Below, one piece after another: positions 59,322-64,000 of a DNA stretch of 64,000 nt; the first letter of the stretch is position 1; every line of letters begins with the position of its first letter. The stretch is taken from the NCBI GenBank assembly GCA_021158525.1, contig JAGGUL010000031.1:6955-70954 (forward strand). The letters are read 5' to 3'. The position numbers and the translations under genes are program-made. The notes below the pieces were generated by a model that saw only the letters and a list, made by a program, of their open reading frames with translations, had not been told where the DNA came from and searched no databases. The stretch is from Candidatus Hydrothermota bacterium (GTDB taxonomy: Bacteria; Hydrothermota; Hydrothermia; B15-G9; DRBW01).

Positions 59322-59396
59322 CGGGGCCGACGAGATTTGAACTCGCGACCTCTGGCGTGACAGGCCAGCGTTCTCACCAGGCTGAACTACGGCCCC
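59322..59396 (-). tRNA. tRNA-Asp (anticodon GTC)
   Basis: I folded the cloverleaf by hand on the minus strand. The acceptor is GGGGCCG/CGGCCCC with U8, the D-arm is GTTC..GAAC, the anticodon arm is CTGGC-CTGTCAC-GCCAG, and the T-arm is GCGAG-TTCAAAT-CTCGT. The discriminator is G and CCA is not encoded. Confidence 0.8.
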
Positions 59397-59445
59397 GCTT
59401 GTGAGTGCTATTATGTTAACTGCCTTTTCTACGTATGTCAAGCCT

Positions 59446-62055
59446 TTAAATCTTATCATATACAAGCTCCGGGGTTTTCGCCTCGCCCTTCTCGGACCAC
59501 CTGAATCCCTTCTCGAAGACCCTGAGGCAGGCTTTCACGACTTCGGGATCATAGAGGATTCCGCTGTATTTCTTGATCTCCTCCAGGGCCTTATCGATAC
59601 CCATGGCGGGCCTATAGGGCCTGTGAGATGCCATGGCCTCCACAACATCGGCCACCCCCAGTATCCTGGCTTCGAGCAATATCTCCTCTCCCTTCAATCC
59701 CCTGGGGTATCCGGAACCGTCGAGCCTCTCATGGTGCTGAAGCACTATATCTGCCACGGGGCCATCGAAGTCGATGTTCTTCAAAATATCATAGCCCACC
59801 ACGGGGTGTGTCTTTATTATGTTCGTCTCGGCCTCGGTGAGAGCGCTTGGCTTGCTCAGGATCTCCGCGGGTATGTGTATCTTGCCTATATCGTGTAGCA
59901 TTCCCGCTACATAGATGGTCCTGACCCTTTTCTTGTCGAGTCCCATCTCTCGGGCGATCGCAACCGCAAGCTCAGCCACCTTCATCTGGTGGCCGGCGGT
60001 ATAGGGATCCCGTGCCTCAACGATCCTCACCACCATCTTAACCACATCGTCCAGTGTTTTCCTCAACCTTTTGTAACTTTCTCTAAGCATTTTCTCGCCC
60101 TTCTTTCTCTCACTCACATCTCTTATTATGGCCAGTGCCTCCCACTCCTCTTCGATCTGAACGGTTGTAACTGAGATCTCAAGGGGAACCGTTGAGCCGT
60201 CTTTTCTGAGGCCTATCACTTCCATGGTTCTGTTGGTGTGGGGTTTGTTTTTCCCCTCGAACATTGCCCTGCGGAATGCCTTAAGGAACCTCTCTCTGTC
60301 CTTTTCCGGAACGATCAACCTGTGAATTTCCCTTCTCAGCGCCTCTTTCTCGGCATAGCCGAAAAGCCTCTCGGCCGCCCTGTTCCACATCTTGACACGA
60401 CCTCTCGAATCCACCCAAATGATCGCATCCGAAGCCGACCGAGTGAGAAGCCTGTATCTTCTCTCCGACAGCCTTATGCTCTGTATAAGCTGAAGGTTTT
60501 CCATGGCAGTCCCGATGCCCGCTGCCAGTATTTCCAGCAGTTTCAGGTCATCTTCATCGAAGGCTTTGAGCCGGGGAGACTCGGCATTTATGACGCCCAC
60601 CACCCTGTCTCTGATCTTTATGGGAACAGCGATCTCCGAAAGCATCCCCTTTATACCCTCCACATAGCGGGGGTCCTTCCTCGTATCATTAACTATGAGG
60701 GGCTTCCTGTGGTTGGCCACCCAGACCGTTATACCCTTTCCGTCAAGGGGCAACCTTATATTGGCATGAGTTCCCCTGATGCTCTTGACGTAAAGCTCTT
60801 TTCTCTCGTCATCAACGAAAAAAACGCTGGCGTTCTCCAGATGAATTATGCTTACTATGGCGTCCAGGGCTATCTCGACCAGCTCGTCGATGTCCTTGAG
60901 AACAGGCATCCTGGTGATAATCTCATAGAGGGCCGAAAGCTTCTTCTCCAGATTACTTTCCTTTGTCCGATCTTTCCCAAAACAGATAGCTCCCTTTACC
61001 TTCGATCCCTCCTTGAGGGGAACGGCCATAAAGGAAACTACCAGAATGCCGCCATCTCTCTTGAAGATCCTGGTCTCACGCCGGATCTTTTCACCCCTGA
61101 GCACCGCTCCGAAAATCTGACGGGCTTTATCGAGCTCTTCCGGCAGAAGAAGCGACGAGAACGGCTTCCCGATCCACTCTCTGAGTTTGTAACCCGTTAT
61201 CTCCAGGGCCTTCCTGTTGGCGAAGAGAATCCTGCCCCTATCGTCCAGGATCAAAATCAGATCGTTGGCGTTTTCCACCACTGTCCTGAATCTTTTCTCG
61301 GAAGACTTTATCTTCTCGAACATCCTGCGGCGCTCGGTGATGTCCAGGAGGGTTCCAAGAACGGCGGGTTTTCCCTTATAGAGAACGCGGGTGCCCAGGA
61401 ACTCAACTTCGATCACCTTTCCGTCCTTCCTCAGCCCGCGGAAAGAGTACCTCACCTGATCCACCTGTCCCTCGAGCCGTTTCTTTGTGTTTTCCACCAC
61501 AAGCTCGCGGTCTTCGGGATGGGTAAGATCCAGTGGTCCAAGCCTGCCGACGATCTCCTCCCGCCTGTAGCCGAAGATCGCAGCCAGGGTGGGGTTCACG
61601 TATCGGAATAGGCCGTCCTGAACGAGATAGACCCCTACAAGGGCATTTTCCGAGAGTATCCTGAAGAGATCTGACGCCTCATCCCCGTCGCTCCCTTCCT
61701 TCTCGCTTTTAGCCTCTCTCAGGGCACCACAATACAGGTCTTCGGCGTCAGAAATACCTTCGAGAAAGATGACAGCGAGCTCGGCTGGATTCCCTCTGAG
61801 CGCCACGCCGTCGACAACACATCTTCTCTTATTGCATCTTTTCAGCTCATCCAGTATCAGACGTAGGTCATCATCGCCGAAGTGCAGGACATCCGTGATC
61901 TTCCTGCCCTCGAGGGTGTCAAGCCCGGTCATCCCCGCAAAAACCCTGTTGGCCAGGAGAATCCTCCCCTCTTTATCCATGAGGAAAAGAGGTTCCTCGA
62001 GAAAATCAAAAAGGAGCCCCAGGCTTTTCAGGTCAATTGAAGTCCCCACTTTCAC
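59446..62055 (-). CDS. Multi-PAS/GAF sensor protein with a C-terminal HD-GYP c-di-GMP phosphodiesterase domain
   Basis: 869 aa with several PAS/GAF-like modules. The C-terminal HD-GYP region reads HQMKVAELAVAIA...MLHDIGKIHIP...HHERLDGSGYPRGL. Confidence 0.8.
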   Translation of the reverse strand: MKVGTSIDLKSLGLLFDFLEEPLFLMDKEGRILLANRVFAGMTGLDTLEGRKITDVLHFGDDDLRLILDELKRCNKRRCVVDGVALRGNPAELAVIFLEGISDAEDLYCGALREAKSEKEGSDGDEASDLFRILSENALVGVYLVQDGLFRYVNPTLAAIFGYRREEIVGRLGPLDLTHPEDRELVVENTKKRLEGQVDQVRYSFRGLRKDGKVIEVEFLGTRVLYKGKPAVLGTLLDITERRRMFEKIKSSEKRFRTVVENANDLILILDDRGRILFANRKALEITGYKLREWIGKPFSSLLLPEELDKARQIFGAVLRGEKIRRETRIFKRDGGILVVSFMAVPLKEGSKVKGAICFGKDRTKESNLEKKLSALYEIITRMPVLKDIDELVEIALDAIVSIIHLENASVFFVDDERKELYVKSIRGTHANIRLPLDGKGITVWVANHRKPLIVNDTRKDPRYVEGIKGMLSEIAVPIKIRDRVVGVINAESPRLKAFDEDDLKLLEILAAGIGTAMENLQLIQSIRLSERRYRLLTRSASDAIIWVDSRGRVKMWNRAAERLFGYAEKEALRREIHRLIVPEKDRERFLKAFRRAMFEGKNKPHTNRTMEVIGLRKDGSTVPLEISVTTVQIEEEWEALAIIRDVSERKKGEKMLRESYKRLRKTLDDVVKMVVRIVEARDPYTAGHQMKVAELAVAIAREMGLDKKRVRTIYVAGMLHDIGKIHIPAEILSKPSALTEAETNIIKTHPVVGYDILKNIDFDGPVADIVLQHHERLDGSGYPRGLKGEEILLEARILGVADVVEAMASHRPYRPAMGIDKALEEIKKYSGILYDPEVVKACLRVFEKGFRWSEKGEAKTPELVYDKI

Positions 62056-62214
62056 CCTCCGACTTTTGTATTTTGCAAAATAGTTTTAATCTCACAATCA
62101 CGCGGATTTTACCCATATCTGCCCCGGCATCGGTCAATCTTACCTTTTCAAATTGCAATGAATTGCAGTTTGCAAAATAGCCGTTCATTTTTATCTTTAC
62201 AGTACCAGCGCTTC

Positions 62215-62253
62215 GGCTGTGGGGAGGCCGCCAAAGGCGGCCTCCCCACAGCC
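62215..62253. other. Perfect 18-bp stem-loop (GGCTGTGGGGAGGCCGCC-AAA-GGCGGCCTCCCCACAGCC) between hldD and the HD-GYP gene
   Basis: Perfect inverted repeat. It is followed by TTAAAAAT on the plus strand and is not flanked by a clean T-run on either strand. Confidence 0.4.
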
Positions 62254-62315
62254 TTAAAAATGCAAAAACCCTGCCAAATCTACTGGGGATAAAAGGATTT
62301 CGGCCGTGTTCAGAT

Positions 62316-63293
62316 TTACAGAGAACTCAGATGGGCTTCTTTCTCGAGATATTCGAGGACATACTCCCTGACGGCGTCCTCGAGGGGCGTCGTCTCAATC
62401 GGTCCCCCGGCCGCTCTCAACTTGTCCAACTCGGCCTGCGTGAAATATTGATACTGATCCCTCAACTCTGGGGGCATGTCGAAGTATTCTATCCTCGGCT
62501 CGAGGCCGAGGGCGTCGAAGACCGCCTTCACCAGATCGTTAAAAGTGCGAGCTTTGCCCGTCCCCACGTTAAATATCCCGTTGACATCCCTGTTGTCCAT
62601 GAAAAACAGGGTCATCCTCACGGCGTCTTTGACGTAGATGAAGTCCCTCCTCTGTTCCCCGTCCCTGAAATCGGGCCTGTGGGATTTGAAGAGCCTGACA
62701 TATCCGACGTCTTTGATCTGCTCGTACGCCTTGAGCACCATGCTCCTCATTTCGCCTTTGTGGTATTCATTGGGACCGTAAACATTAAAATATTTAAGGC
62801 CCGCGATCTTGTCAAGAAGTCCCTTTCTCAGCGCCCAGAGGTCAAAGAGGTGCTTGGAATAGGCATAAGGATTAATGGGGACAAGGCGTTCCAGCTCCTC
62901 GTGATCGTCAGAAAAACCCTGGCTGCCATCTCCGTAGGTGGCGGCGCTTGAGGCGTAAATAAATCGGATTCCCTTCTTTATCGCGTATAGAGCGAGCTCC
63001 TTGGTGTATTCGTAGTTGTTCCAGAGGAGATAGCCCGCGTCCATCTCCGTTGTATCGGTGCAGGCGCCGAGGTGAAATATGGTCTCCACATCGCCCCTTA
63101 TGCATCCGCTCTTGACGAGTTCCAGGAAATCGGACTTGTCCAAGTAATCGGCGAATTTCAGACTTCTCAGGTTCTTCCATTTCTCGTCCTCGCCAAGATC
63201 GTCGACCACCAGGATATCGTGAATGCCCCTCTGATTCAGCCCCCATATGATAGCGCTGCCTATAAAACCGGCTCCGCCCGTGACTATAATCAT
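62316..63293 (-). CDS. hldD: ADP-L-glycero-D-manno-heptose-6-epimerase
   Basis: It matches HldD/RfaD along its length (MIIVTGGAGFIGS..., YASSAATYG, YFNVYGPNE.HKG.M.S, FNVGTG.A). The likely start is MIIVTGG, 8 codons inside the ORF as called. Confidence 0.85.
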   Translation of the reverse strand: MIIVTGGAGFIGSAIIWGLNQRGIHDILVVDDLGEDEKWKNLRSLKFADYLDKSDFLELVKSGCIRGDVETIFHLGACTDTTEMDAGYLLWNNYEYTKELALYAIKKGIRFIYASSAATYGDGSQGFSDDHEELERLVPINPYAYSKHLFDLWALRKGLLDKIAGLKYFNVYGPNEYHKGEMRSMVLKAYEQIKDVGYVRLFKSHRPDFRDGEQRRDFIYVKDAVRMTLFFMDNRDVNGIFNVGTGKARTFNDLVKAVFDALGLEPRIEYFDMPPELRDQYQYFTQAELDKLRAAGGPIETTPLEDAVREYVLEYLEKEAHLSSL

Positions 63294-63510
63294 CTCAACC
63301 TCCAGGTTAAGTTCCAATTTTAGCGCAAGATATGGAAATCTGTCAAAACTTGAGCGTCTTACAAAGCCTCTTTCATCAGGTTCAATTCTTCAGGGAGATC
63401 CAGCAAAACTTCGGTAACAGACAAGTTTTTCCCTCTGCGAAAATAAAATTGTAAAATTGACATTGAGAGAAAGCTGGCTTATAGTAAATCCTTTGAAAAG
63501 GAGGCTTGAA

Positions 63511-64000
63511 TTGAGAGATCCCAGGATCGAGAAGCTCGCAGAAGTGTTGCTTCACTATTCCATCGGCATAAAGGAAGGCGACCTCCTGATGATCAGGGGC
63601 AATTATTTGACCCTCCCCCTCATAAAAGAGCTCTACAAAAAGGCCCTGCTCGCTGGAGCCAATCCCTACACGAAGATCGGCGTCGACGGAATAGAGGAGA
63701 TCTTCTACTCGATAGCGAGCGAAGAACAGCTCAAATTTATCTCCAAGATATCCTGGACCGAGGTGGAGGAGATCGATGCCCTCATAACCATCTGGGGAGA
63801 GTGGAACACGAAAAAACTCTCGAACGTGGACCCGAAGAGGATCGCCCTCGCCCAGGGGGCGCGGAGGCCGCTCTTTCAGAAGTTGATGGAAAGGATCGCC
63901 GATGGTTCCGTGAGGTGGGTGGGCACCCAGTATCCGGCCCACGCCAACGCCCAGGATGCCGTTATGTCCACCGAGGAGTACGAAGAATTCGTCTTCAGGG
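63511..64000 (+). CDS. M29-family aminopeptidase (AmpS/PepS-like), N-terminal part; runs off the right edge of the window
   Basis: TTG start with an upstream AAAGGAGG Shine-Dalgarno. The translation LRDPRIEKLAEVLLHYSIGIKEGDLLMIRGNYLTLPLIKELYKKALLAGANPY resembles aminopeptidase T/II N-termini. I could not list any alternative in-frame start. Confidence 0.45.
   Translation, partial: MRDPRIEKLAEVLLHYSIGIKEGDLLMIRGNYLTLPLIKELYKKALLAGANPYTKIGVDGIEEIFYSIASEEQLKFISKISWTEVEEIDALITIWGEWNTKKLSNVDPKRIALAQGARRPLFQKLMERIADGSVRWVGTQYPAHANAQDAVMSTEEYEEFVFR

Noticed and set aside
62084-62315. Small ORF or ncRNA in the 230-bp hldD / HD-GYP intergenic region
   Set aside because: I can support only the structural elements: an 18-bp perfect hairpin and the TTGCA/TTTGCAAAATA repeats. 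No ORF has an RBS, and no known RNA family motif was recognised.

Overview
This 64 kb window looks like a bacterial chromosomal segment. It has medium-high GC (~55-60%) with one clearly AT-rich insert at about 18.7-21.5 kb. Coding is dense and mostly on the minus strand. The main recognisable blocks, from left to right, are: (i) the 5' part of an A/V-type ATPase operon (subunits H/G-like, I, K, E and the start of C); (ii) a universal stress protein and a 1141-aa RecQ-family helicase that carries an N-terminal Vsr/DUF559-like nuclease fold; (iii) gatA, fur and a 1250-aa GGDEF-STAND NTPase-TPR signalling protein; (iv) a secreted BNR/Asp-box propeller protein; (v) a GlcD-family FAD oxidase interrupted by one in-frame TAG; (vi) an ~18 kb surface-polysaccharide locus with an epimerase, glycosyltransferases of families GT4 and GT2, Wzy, Wzx, Wzc-like and Wza-like proteins, and a WbpB/WbpE/WbpD-like trio, the kind that makes a di-N-acetylated uronic acid sugar, plus an initiating sugar transferase, with a low-GC ATP-grasp/HAD/GT4 cassette embedded in it; (vii) miaB, tRNA-Arg(ACG) directly followed by tadA, a Kelch propeller protein and a DnaQ-exonuclease-WYL fusion; (viii) queF next to the yhhQ preQ transporter; (ix) an NSS transporter with a tiny coupled partner; (x) recR-ybaB-dnaX; (xi) a 760-bp non-coding region containing a repeated perfect palindrome; (xii) groES-groEL with a sigma70-like promoter and no CIRCE; (xiii) an apparent operon of a 2009-aa Ig-repeat surface protein, a PorV-like outer-membrane barrel, a free-standing archaeal-type ThrRS editing-domain homologue and a nitroreductase; (xiv) tRNA-Asp, a PAS/GAF-HD-GYP phosphodiesterase, hldD and the start of an M29 aminopeptidase. 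Three secreted proteins share a FlgD-Ig/T9SS-like C-terminal sorting domain, which suggests an FCB-superphylum-like or candidate-phylum bacterium. I found no CRISPR array, integrase or transposase. All calls come from reading the supplied translations and sequence by eye. No database searches were run.
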